This document shows positions 1 through 12,003 of a stretch of DNA of 64,000 nucleotides, piece by piece. A program made the translations under genes and the position numbers. How positions within the stretch are numbered: position 1 is the stretch's first letter; each line of letters starts with the position of its first letter. The notes beneath the pieces are model-generated. The model searched no databases and was not told where the DNA came from. It worked only from the letters and a program-made list of their open reading frames with translations. Source of the DNA: Planctomycetota bacterium (GTDB lineage Bacteria; Planctomycetota; B15-G4); NCBI GenBank assembly GCA_038212275.1, contig JBBQUR010000004.1:192001-256000 (forward strand), read 5' to 3'.

Positions 1-1948
<1,948 letters not shown>

Positions 1949-1952
<4 letters not shown>

Positions 1953-3256
1953 AGCCCGCGCGGTCGCGGCCGCGCGTCGTGATCTCGCACGCGGTCTACG
2001 ACGCGCTCGCGCTGCTGGCCTGCCTGGTGCTGCTGCCTGCGTGGCTGTGGCAGGCGCGTCGCGATGTCGAACGGCGCCGGTGGCTGCGCGAACGCTTCGG
2101 TCACCTGCCGGACGGAGCGCCCGCAGGTCATCCGGTGTGGGTGCATGCGGTGTCCGTGGGAGAAGTGAAGGCGGCGCGCTCGCTGCTGGCCACGCTGGCC
2201 GCATGCCAGCCACCGCCGCCGCTCGTTCTGAGCACGGCGACACTCACCGGTTACGCGACCGCGCGCTCGCTGTACCCGGACCTCTACGTCTTCCAGGCTC
2301 CGCTCGATCTCCGTCACGTCGTGCGCCGCGTCTTCGACCGGCTCGCACCGCGCGCTCTGCTGCTCGTCGAATTGGAGGCCTGGCCAGCCCTGCTGCGGGA
2401 GGCCGACGAGCGGCACGTGCCCATCGCGATCGTCAATGCTCGCATCACCGAGCGCAGCTTCCGTCGCTATCGGGCATGGCGCTGGTGGCTTCCCGAGTTC
2501 TTCCGCATTTCGCTCGTGGCGGCGCAGGATCGGCGCTGCGCGGACAGGCTCATGGAACTCGGCGTGGACCCGCGACGCGTCCACGTCACGGGGAACCTGA
2601 AGCACGACCAGAGCGCGGCGGCGCCGACTGCAGCGGTCGCGACGCTCGCGCGCGAACTCGGCCTCGACCGCGGCACACCCGTGTTCGTCGCCGGCAGCAC
2701 GCATGCAGGCGAGGAGGAACTCGTGCTCGCTGCCTGGCGCGCGCTGCGCCCGGACACTCCGTGCCGGCTCGTGCTCGTGCCACGTCACCCCGAGCGCGCC
2801 GCCGAGGTCGTGCGCATGCTGGGACGCGAGCGCGTGCCCTGCGTGCTGCGTTCGGTCGTCGACGCGACCCGGGACGCGTCGGCCGTGCTCGTCGCGGATC
2901 GCATGGGGGAGCTCGAAGCGCTGTTCGGAAGCGCGTCGGTGGTCTTTCTGGGCGGTTCGCTCGTGCCGGTGGGTGGGCACAACGTCCTCGAACCCGCGCT
3001 TGCCGGCTGTCCCGTGCTGGTGGGCCCGCACGTCGACAACTGCCGGGCGGAAGTCGAACTGCTGGCCGCGGCCGGCGGCCTGATCGTGGTGGAGGACGCG
3101 CCGGCGCTTGCGGCCCGGCTCGCCGCATTGCTGATGGATGAGGCAGGCCGCCGCGCGATGGGGGCCGCCGCCCGGACGGCCGCCGCCGGGCTGCGCGGGG
3201 CCGCGGCAGCAGACGTCCGGCTCCTCAGCGAAGCGGGCCTGTTGCAGGATCGCTGA
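1949..3256 (+). CDS. waaA: 3-deoxy-D-manno-octulosonic acid (Kdo) transferase
   Basis: WVHAVSVGE, ELEAWP, NARIT, TGNLKHD, AGSTHAGEE, PRHPER, GGHNVLEPA; ATG overlaps the secA stop (ATGA). Confidence 0.93.
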
Positions 3257-3448
3257 GACACTCGGCACCCTCGCGAACAGCGGGCATTGCAGCGCCCGAC
3301 CGCCGCTCGAGCGAATCCCCGGAATCCACGAACGCGTGGAACACCCCCCGTTTCATCGTGTACTCTGGACGACTCGCTTCAGAGTTCGAAGCGAGCCGAT
3401 CACGAGTCAACCCGATCACACCACGCCAGCGCAGGGAGTGCCTGTCCC

Positions 3449-4654
<1,206 letters not shown>

Positions 4655-4695
4655 AGGTCGAGCGCCCGGAGCGCCGCACGGAGGGAGCACTGACG

Positions 4696-5355
4696 ATGTC
4701 AGGTGAGAGCTTGCATGCACGCCGCGACACGGCGGGATTCTCGCTCATCGAGATCCTCGTGGTCATCGCGATCATCAGCCTGCTCGCCACGCTCGGCGTC
4801 CGTGCTGCGCTCAATGCCCGCGAGGCTGGAACCGTCACCAAGTGTCGGGACAACCTGCACCAGATCGGGCAGGTCATGCTGCTCTATCACGACCAGCGCA
4901 ACAAAGGGCACTGGCCGAAGGAGAGCGGCATCCGCTTCCTTCTGAAGTTGCACAGCGCCGGTGAACTCTCGAAGCGCAACTCCGAGACCTTCCTCTGCCC
5001 CGGCACGCAGGATGTGAATGACACAGGGAGCAGCGGCGAACCCGGGTCGTCCTATGACGACTGGGAAAGCCTGGACTCGAGTACGATCTCCTATGCCGGG
5101 CGCGACCAGCAGGGTTCGCCGATCAAGGGCAACAACCTGTCCGAAATCATCATCGCCGCCGACGACAACGAAGGTCGCGCCAATCACAGCTTCGTCACCA
5201 ACTACGTCTACGCCGATGGGTCGACGGACAGCTTCGACATCAAGAGCGACATCGGCATCTCCCTGCTCGCGGAAGATCCCGGCATGGAGAAGGGCGGACT
5301 GCCCGTCGGACCCGACAGTCCGTTCGAGCCGCTGCGCGTGCTGCGAGTCGATTGA
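4696..5355 (+). CDS. Prepilin-type N-terminal cleavage/methylation protein with C-terminal H-X9-DG motif
   Basis: GFSLIEILVVIAIISLLA; KCRDNLHQIG; HSFVTNYVYADG = H-X9-DG. Confidence 0.85.
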   Translation: MSGESLHARRDTAGFSLIEILVVIAIISLLATLGVRAALNAREAGTVTKCRDNLHQIGQVMLLYHDQRNKGHWPKESGIRFLLKLHSAGELSKRNSETFLCPGTQDVNDTGSSGEPGSSYDDWESLDSSTISYAGRDQQGSPIKGNNLSEIIIAADDNEGRANHSFVTNYVYADGSTDSFDIKSDIGISLLAEDPGMEKGGLPVGPDSPFEPLRVLRVD

Positions 5356-5561
5356 GTCGACGCGTCGCGCGAGTCGATTCGATGGGGCATAGCCCCTTGT
5401 CGAGTTTCGAGGATGTGGAATACTGTGCCGACCCGAACGCGCGTTCCACATCAGAATGCTGAGCCGGCCTCCCGATAGGAGAACCGGTACTCCGCCGGCC
5501 TGCGCACTCGGTTCCCCCACCCCCTCCCCTGTCCCCGTCGTTTCCCGAGGAGTTTGATTCC

Positions 5562-7454
5562 ATGGCTCGATCCACCTTCCTCCTGCTGCCCCTGGCGGCG
5601 CTGGCGTTCGCACCTTTGGCGGGCGCGCAGACGTTCACCTACAACGCGGCTGCGTTGCCAGGCCAGGTCGCCATCTGGACCGACGGCGTGGCCATCGCCG
5701 ACGTGGACGGGGACGGTGACAACGACCTCATCTTCGCCAACGGCAGCGCGTACGGTGGTAATGGCGCCGCCGGCGCCGCCGTGCAGCAACTCTGGCTGAA
5801 CAACGGCAGCGGCGTCTTTGCCGCGGCGAACGGCAATCTGAACGTCGCCAACTTCAATGCGAAGATGGTCATCGCGCAGGACTTCGACAACGACGGCGAC
5901 CTCGACCTCTTCTATGCCTCGGGCAGCACGGGCAGCCCGCCGCGACTCCTGCTCAACCAGGGTTTCGCGCAGGCCGGCGTCCAGGGCGTCTTCGCCGACG
6001 TCACCTTGACCAACGTGCCCTCACTCGCTCTCAAGTCCTTCAGCGTCTGCGCCGGCGACGTGGACAACGACGGCGACCTCGATGTCGTCGTCAACGACGG
6101 CGGCACCTTCGGCGGCACGGCCTCCCAGGCGCGCCTGCTGCTGAACAACGGCTCGGCCGTCTTCACCGATGTCACCGCCTCCCAGATGCCGGTGGACCTC
6201 TACAACTGCCAGGACATCACGCTGCTCGACATCGACGGCGACTTCGACATCGACATCGCTCTCAACGGGAAGCAGGCGGCCGGTGGGCGTCTGTACCTGA
6301 ACAATGGCAGCGGCAGCTTCTCCGTCAGCACCATCCTGAACAGCGTCGGGACCAATCAGACCTACGAGACCGACTACGGCGACCTCGACGGCGACCATGA
6401 CTTCGACGCCGCGGTGCAGTCCATCTCCGGTGCGACGAGCGAGGGCTGGGCCCGCAATGACGGAACCGGCACGCCCTTCGTCGAGACCACCTTCCCGGCG
6501 CCGAACGGCGACGACGACAACGAGATGGCGATGCTCGACTACGACAACGACGGCGACCTCGACGTGTTCGTCGGTTCGCTCGGCGCTCGCGAGAAGGCCT
6601 ACCGCAACGACGGCGGTGTCTTCGTCAACGTGAACTCGATCATCCAGGCGGTGAGCGACCCCACACTCGACTTCGGCATCGGCGACCTGAATGCGGACGG
6701 CCGCTACGACATGGTCACGGGCCAGGGCGAGGGCGGCAGTTTCATCAACAAGGTCTACATGAACAGCGGTGCCGTGGACACGCTGCCTCCCGCCCTGCTC
6801 GCCTCCGAGACGCCGGTGATCTCCAACCCGACGACGGTGTTCCACATGCGCCTGTCGGATGCGATCGCCGACGACGGCACGACCAATGTCTCGATGACCT
6901 ACACCTGGAAGACGAGCCTGAACCCGGTGGGGGGCAACGGCACGAGCTTCCACATGGGCAACGGTCTCTTCCGTTCCCCGGTGCCGTCGGCCGTCGGCAC
7001 GACGTGGATCTGGATCAACTGCACCGCGACGGACTCGTCCGGAAACTCGGCCAGCTTCGGCCCGATCGTGATCGGCACGGCGCCGAATCCGTGGACCGAC
7101 ATCGGCTTCGGCCTTGCCGGCATCAGCGGCATCCCGTCGCTCGTCGGAACGGGCCCGCTGCTTCCGAGCACCGCCGGCACGATCACGCTGAGCAACGCGA
7201 AGCCCGCTTCGACGGCGCTGCTTTTCCTGTCGCTCGCCAGCACGCCGATTCCCTTCAAGGGCGGCACCCTGGCGGCGTTCCCGTTCATCGCCACGATCAC
7301 GCTTCCGACCGGCAGCGGCACGCTCGCGCTGCCGTACGTCTGGCCGACCGGCGTGCCGAACGGGCTGTCGGTCTACTTCCAGTTCGGTATCGGCGATCCG
7401 GCCGCCGACAAGGGCGTCTCGCTGAGCAACACCGAGCAGGCGATCGCGCAGTGA
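5562..7454 (+). CDS. Secreted FG-GAP/VCBS-repeat beta-propeller protein with extra C-terminal domain
   Basis: Signal peptide ending LAGA-Q; about 7 DxDxDGDxD repeats; GAGGAG RBS. Confidence 0.88.
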   Translation: MARSTFLLLPLAALAFAPLAGAQTFTYNAAALPGQVAIWTDGVAIADVDGDGDNDLIFANGSAYGGNGAAGAAVQQLWLNNGSGVFAAANGNLNVANFNAKMVIAQDFDNDGDLDLFYASGSTGSPPRLLLNQGFAQAGVQGVFADVTLTNVPSLALKSFSVCAGDVDNDGDLDVVVNDGGTFGGTASQARLLLNNGSAVFTDVTASQMPVDLYNCQDITLLDIDGDFDIDIALNGKQAAGGRLYLNNGSGSFSVSTILNSVGTNQTYETDYGDLDGDHDFDAAVQSISGATSEGWARNDGTGTPFVETTFPAPNGDDDNEMAMLDYDNDGDLDVFVGSLGAREKAYRNDGGVFVNVNSIIQAVSDPTLDFGIGDLNADGRYDMVTGQGEGGSFINKVYMNSGAVDTLPPALLASETPVISNPTTVFHMRLSDAIADDGTTNVSMTYTWKTSLNPVGGNGTSFHMGNGLFRSPVPSAVGTTWIWINCTATDSSGNSASFGPIVIGTAPNPWTDIGFGLAGISGIPSLVGTGPLLPSTAGTITLSNAKPASTALLFLSLASTPIPFKGGTLAAFPFIATITLPTGSGTLALPYVWPTGVPNGLSVYFQFGIGDPAADKGVSLSNTEQAIAQ

Positions 7455-7508
7455 GTCGAGCCGCAAGGCCCGACTGCTGATTGCCGCTTCCGGCTCTCGG
7501 CTTCGACA

Positions 7509-7545
7509 GAGGCCCCCGGACTCCGACACGGAGTCCGGGGGCCTC
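7509..7545 (+). terminator. Strong hairpin after the FG-GAP gene (probable terminator)
   Basis: Perfect 17-bp stem GAGGCCCCCGGACTCCG/CGGAGTCCGGGGGCCTC, 3-nt loop; U-tract weak. Confidence 0.7.
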
Positions 7546-7568
7546 GCCGTTTCGCGAGGTATCGGTCA

Positions 7569-7643
7569 GCTCACCGGCGGTCGGCATGCCGGCGCGCGGA
7601 TCACCGGCGCGCCAATCACCGGCGCGCGGATCACAGGCGGGCT
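7569..7643. repeat. Degenerate 15-bp tandem repeat, 5 copies
   Basis: gctcaccggcggtcg/gcatgccggcgcgcg/gatcaccggcgcgcc/aatcaccggcgcgcg/gatcacaggcgggct. Confidence 0.75.
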
Positions 7644-7809
7644 CTCGCTGCTGGTGAGTGCCCTCACTCAGAAAGCGAAGACTGCATGGTGGAACACGCA
7701 ATCCTGGTGCATACTGCGTGAATATGCCGCCGCGCGGAACGACTCCGGCCCGCGACGCTCCGGCTTCAGCCAACCCTGTTCAGCAATCCACGACCCGGGG
7801 GCTCGCACC

Positions 7810-9276
7810 ATGCACTTTCCGCACGCGCCAGTGACCGCCGACCGCCGTCACCTGTGCCTGGTGGTCCCGCCCGTGACGGCGGAGGACCGCTACGGACCGA
7901 TGGCTTCGGCGGGCAACTCGCTGCCGCCGCATGCCTTCCTGTATCTCGGCGCGGTCGCGCGCGCCGCCGGTTGGAGCGTGTCCATCGTGGACTGCCCGGC
8001 GCTCGGCCTGCCGATCGGTCGCTGCGCGGAAACAATCCTCGCTCGCGAGCCCTCCGTCGTGGGCTTCACCGCAACGACGATGAGCATCGCGAAGGCGGCC
8101 ACGGTGGCCAATGACCTCCGCAGACTCGCGCCGGACGTCGTCATCCTCGCCGGCGGACCGCATGTCACGGCGCTGCCTCAGGAGACGATCGAGCGGCTGC
8201 CCGTCTTCGATCTGGCGTGCGCCGGCGAAGGCGAGGACGTGCTGCGCGCCATCCTGCGTCATCTGGAAGACGGCACCGACCCGCGCGACATCGCCGGCCT
8301 TGCAAGCCGCAGCGATGACGGCAGCGTGCGCTTCCTTCCGCCGTCGCACGACGAAGTGGACCTGCCTTCGCTCCCGCCGCTCGCATGGGACCTGCTCGAG
8401 GGCTTCCCGCAGCACTATCACGCCGCAGCGACGTACCTGAACAAGACGCCGTTCACGGACCTCATCGTCTCGCGCGGCTGCCGTTATCGCTGCACCTTCT
8501 GCGACAATAACACCTTCGGCCGTTCGATCCGCGCGCTTCCCGTCGACACCATCATCGAGAACGTCGACCGGCTCGAGAAGGAGTACGGCATCCGTTCGAT
8601 GTTCTTCACCGACGACTCGCTCATGACGATGAGGGATCAGTTCGTCGAGATGTGCGAGCGGCTCATCGAGCGCGACACCGGCCTGGAGTGGAGCATCAAC
8701 GTCCGCACCAGCGAGGTGAATCCCGAGATTCTCGCGCTCATGCGTCGTGCCGGCTGCTGGCAGGTGAGCTACGGCATCGAGAGCGGCTCATGGGAAATCC
8801 TGAAGCGCATCAAGAAGGCCGCGACGCCGCACATGCACGAACGGGCCCTTTTCCAGACCCGCGACGCCGGCATCAAGAGCAACGCCTACATCATCATCGG
8901 CTTCCCTGGGGAGACGCACGAGACACTGCGCGAGACCGAGGCCTTCCTGAAAAAGGTCCCGATCGACACGCTGCGCCTGACCTACTTCACGCCCTTCCCC
9001 AACACCGACATCACCGATGACCTGGCAGGCAACGGCGAGCTCGTGGCCGACTGGACCCGCCTCAACTTCTACAACATCGCCTACATCCCCAACGGACTGA
9101 CGCGCGAGGACCTCGAGCGCACCTACCGGCGGATCATGGCCAACTTCTATCTCAACCCGCGCGTGCTGATGTCCTTCCTCCCGCACCTCATCGTGCCGCG
9201 CAAGGCGATCGCGCTGTTCCGCGGCAGCTTCGGGCTCGGCAAGCTGCTGGTCGCCCGCCCCGGTTGCAACTCCTGA
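7810..9276 (+). CDS. B12-binding-domain radical SAM protein
   Basis: N-terminal cobalamin-binding-like domain (AGGPHVT, GEGE); SRGCRYRCTFC CxxxCxxC; YGIESG; IIGFPGET. Confidence 0.9.
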   Translation: MHFPHAPVTADRRHLCLVVPPVTAEDRYGPMASAGNSLPPHAFLYLGAVARAAGWSVSIVDCPALGLPIGRCAETILAREPSVVGFTATTMSIAKAATVANDLRRLAPDVVILAGGPHVTALPQETIERLPVFDLACAGEGEDVLRAILRHLEDGTDPRDIAGLASRSDDGSVRFLPPSHDEVDLPSLPPLAWDLLEGFPQHYHAAATYLNKTPFTDLIVSRGCRYRCTFCDNNTFGRSIRALPVDTIIENVDRLEKEYGIRSMFFTDDSLMTMRDQFVEMCERLIERDTGLEWSINVRTSEVNPEILALMRRAGCWQVSYGIESGSWEILKRIKKAATPHMHERALFQTRDAGIKSNAYIIIGFPGETHETLRETEAFLKKVPIDTLRLTYFTPFPNTDITDDLAGNGELVADWTRLNFYNIAYIPNGLTREDLERTYRRIMANFYLNPRVLMSFLPHLIVPRKAIALFRGSFGLGKLLVARPGCNS

Positions 9277-9310
9277 CCCGCGGCCCGCTGCTGCGCGCCG
9301 GAGGCACGAC

Positions 9311-10597
9311 GTGAAGACGCGCAGCCTCATCCGCCTCGACCTGATCGTGGGGCTGCCGCTCTGCACCGTGGCCTTCCTGCTGTCCCTGCCGCTGCGCCCG
9401 TTCCGGCGCAGGCCGGCCGCGCCCGTGCGCCGGATCCTCGTGATCAAATTCCTCGGACTGGGTTCGGTCCTGCTCGCGACGCCGCTGCTGCGCCGGCTGC
9501 GCGAGGAATGGCCCGAGGCGCGCATCACCTTCCTGACCTTCGCGCCCAACGCCGAACTCGTGCGCCGGCTCGACTGCGTGGACGAAGTCCTCGTCGTGCG
9601 GCGGTCGGGTCTGTTCACGCTGCTCTTCAGCGTACCGGCGCTGCTGCTCGTGCTGCGCCGGGCCCGCTTCGACCTGGCGCTCGACCTCGAGTTCTACTCG
9701 CGCCTGTCCAATCTCGTCTCGTGGGCGAGCGGGGCGCGCCGACGCATAGGCTTCTTCGTGCGCGCGCGCTGGCGCGGTTCCCTGCTCACGGATCCCGTCT
9801 ACTTCAACCCGACGCTTCCGTACGGTCGCGCGGTCCTGGCGCTCCTGAAGCCGCTGGGCCTCGAGGAAGCCACGACCGATCGGCTGGTGGCTCCCGAGGT
9901 GCAGCAGGAGGAGGCCGTCATGGCGCGCCGGCGCCTGTCGGAGCTGGGCGTGCCCGCTTCAGGCGCCGTGGTGGTCATCAACGTCAACGCCTCCGACCTC
10001 TGCGACGAGCGACGCTGGCCCGGTGAACGCTACGCGAGCCTCGTCGACCGCTTCCGCAACGAGATCGCGCAGGTGGATTGCTTCGCCTTCATCGGTGCTC
10101 CCGGCGAGGTCGCCGCGGTGCGCCAGGTCATCGACCTGATCGGCCCCGAGGCGCGACCTCTGTGCATCGACCTCGCGGGCCGCACGAATCTCGCCGAGCT
10201 CATCGTGCTGCTGCAGGGAGCCGTGCTGCTCGTCACCAATGACAGCGGGCCACTGCACCTTGCCGCCGCACTGCGCCTCCCGACGGTGAGCCTCTACGGC
10301 CCGGAGACTCCAGCGCTCTACGGCCCTGTCGGCGAAAACCACCTCGTCTTCTACGCGGGACACTGGTGTTCACCCTGCCTGTCGGTCTACAACGCCAAGA
10401 TCGCGATGTGTCACGGCGAGAACGAGTGCATGCGCCGCATCAGCCTCGACGAGGTGGTGCAACGGACGGCGGTCTTCGCGCGCGAGCGCGTCGGCCTCGC
10501 GCCACCACGTCCCGTGCGCGTCGGACAGCAGCTCCGCCCGGATGAGATCGGCCATCCCGACAACCCGGGGCTCTCGGACAGCGAGGTCCACCAGTGA
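9311..10597 (+). CDS. Glycosyltransferase family 9 (heptosyltransferase-like)
   Basis: RILVIKFLGLGSVLLATP, DLAGRTNL, VTNDSGPLHLAAAL, LYGP; C-terminal CSPC..C..C. Confidence 0.88.
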   Translation: MKTRSLIRLDLIVGLPLCTVAFLLSLPLRPFRRRPAAPVRRILVIKFLGLGSVLLATPLLRRLREEWPEARITFLTFAPNAELVRRLDCVDEVLVVRRSGLFTLLFSVPALLLVLRRARFDLALDLEFYSRLSNLVSWASGARRRIGFFVRARWRGSLLTDPVYFNPTLPYGRAVLALLKPLGLEEATTDRLVAPEVQQEEAVMARRRLSELGVPASGAVVVINVNASDLCDERRWPGERYASLVDRFRNEIAQVDCFAFIGAPGEVAAVRQVIDLIGPEARPLCIDLAGRTNLAELIVLLQGAVLLVTNDSGPLHLAAALRLPTVSLYGPETPALYGPVGENHLVFYAGHWCSPCLSVYNAKIAMCHGENECMRRISLDEVVQRTAVFARERVGLAPPRPVRVGQQLRPDEIGHPDNPGLSDSEVHQ

Positions 10598-12003
10598 GCG
10601 CGGCACCGGCGGACGCCCGGGGCCTCGTGCTGCTGCTCGTCCCGCCCAGCCGGGGGGTGGTGATCCGCGACTACTACTGCAGCAAGCGCAGCCAGGCCCG
10701 CTACCTGCACCCGCCGATCGATCTCGTCGTGCAGGGCGGTCACTTCCGCGCACAGGGCTTCCGCGTCGAGCTGCTCGACGCCACGGTGGACCAGCTCTCG
10801 ACCTGCCAGGCCCTGCAGCGCGCGGTCGCCGCAGGACCCGACGCCATCTTCGCGCTGGCGGGCGCCGTGTCGTGGGACACCGACGCACCCTTCCTGTCCG
10901 ACGTGGCCCGGAAGACGGGCGCGCCGCTCTACGCGTCGGGCGACCTGTTCATGGAGCGGCCCGTCGAACTGCTCGGGCAGCACGCCTTCCTTGCGGGAGT
11001 GCTCACCGACTTCACGAGCGACGAGCTCGCGCGCCATCTGTCGCTCGCGGGCGGCTCGCGCTCGGCGCTCGTCCTGCCCGGCGACATGGAGGCGCCGCGT
11101 GCGCGAACCCGGGGCAGCCGCGCGATTCCGATTCCCGCGCACGACCTGTTCACGTCGCACGACTATCGCTATCCCTTCGCGCGCCGTTATCCGATGGCCG
11201 GCGTGTACGCGAGCTACGGATGTCCGTACACGTGCTCCTTCTGCATCACGGGTGAGCTGGGCACGTCCATGCGTCCGGCGGCCAACGTCATCGAAGAACT
11301 GCGCACTCTCGCGTCGCTGGGTGTGCACGAGCTCTTCTTCCAGGATCAGTGCTTCGGCTGCGCGCCGCGCGCCGGCTGGGATGCGCTGCTCGATGCGATG
11401 ATCGCGGAGGACCTCCAGCTCGGCTGGTGGACGTTCACGCGCGTGGACGTGATCGACCGCGAGCTGCTGCGGCGCATGAAGCGCGCCGGCTGCCACACGC
11501 TCATCCTCGGCGTCGAGTCCTCCTCGGACGAGATCCTCCGCAATCACCGCAAGGGCTACGGCACCGAGGCGATCCGCGCAGCCTTCCGGATGTGCGAGGA
11601 GGAGGACATCCGTACGGCGGCCACCTTCATCCTCGGCCTGCCGGAGGAGACCGCGGAGAGCATCGCGGCGACGATCGACTTTGCGTGCTCGCTGCCGGCG
11701 GACTATGCCTCGTTCAACGTGGCGGTGCCCCGGGCCGGCACGCGCCTGCGCGAGCAGGCCGTGGCCGCCGGCACGATGGACCGTGACCTCGTGGTGATGG
11801 ACCAGTCGGGATTCGAGCCGGTGCTCGACACCGCCGGTCTCTCGGCCCACGAACTGCAGCGCTGGCGGCGTCGAGCCGTCGCGCGTTTCTACCTGCGTCC
11901 AGGCTACCTGTGGAGGCGGCTGCGGCACCTGCGCACGCGCGCCGAGATGTTCGCGCAGGCTCGCGAGGCCTGGTCGCTCCTGCGCCACCTCGCCACGCCT
12001 TGA
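10594..12003 (+). CDS. Radical SAM protein (divergent B12-binding-domain class)
   Basis: SYGCPYTCSFC, LGVESSS, FILGLPEET; GTGA overlap with the upstream gene. Confidence 0.87.
   Translation: MSAAPADARGLVLLLVPPSRGVVIRDYYCSKRSQARYLHPPIDLVVQGGHFRAQGFRVELLDATVDQLSTCQALQRAVAAGPDAIFALAGAVSWDTDAPFLSDVARKTGAPLYASGDLFMERPVELLGQHAFLAGVLTDFTSDELARHLSLAGGSRSALVLPGDMEAPRARTRGSRAIPIPAHDLFTSHDYRYPFARRYPMAGVYASYGCPYTCSFCITGELGTSMRPAANVIEELRTLASLGVHELFFQDQCFGCAPRAGWDALLDAMIAEDLQLGWWTFTRVDVIDRELLRRMKRAGCHTLILGVESSSDEILRNHRKGYGTEAIRAAFRMCEEEDIRTAATFILGLPEETAESIAATIDFACSLPADYASFNVAVPRAGTRLREQAVAAGTMDRDLVVMDQSGFEPVLDTAGLSAHELQRWRRRAVARFYLRPGYLWRRLRHLRTRAEMFAQAREAWSLLRHLATP

Noticed and set aside
7569..7643. Possible CRISPR array
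   Set aside because: Short tandem units with no spacers; no cas genes in the window.
7810..12003. Calling the radical SAM genes bchE, hpnP or RiPP maturases
   Set aside because: No photosynthesis genes, hopanoid genes or precursor peptide nearby; family-level motifs cannot give substrate.
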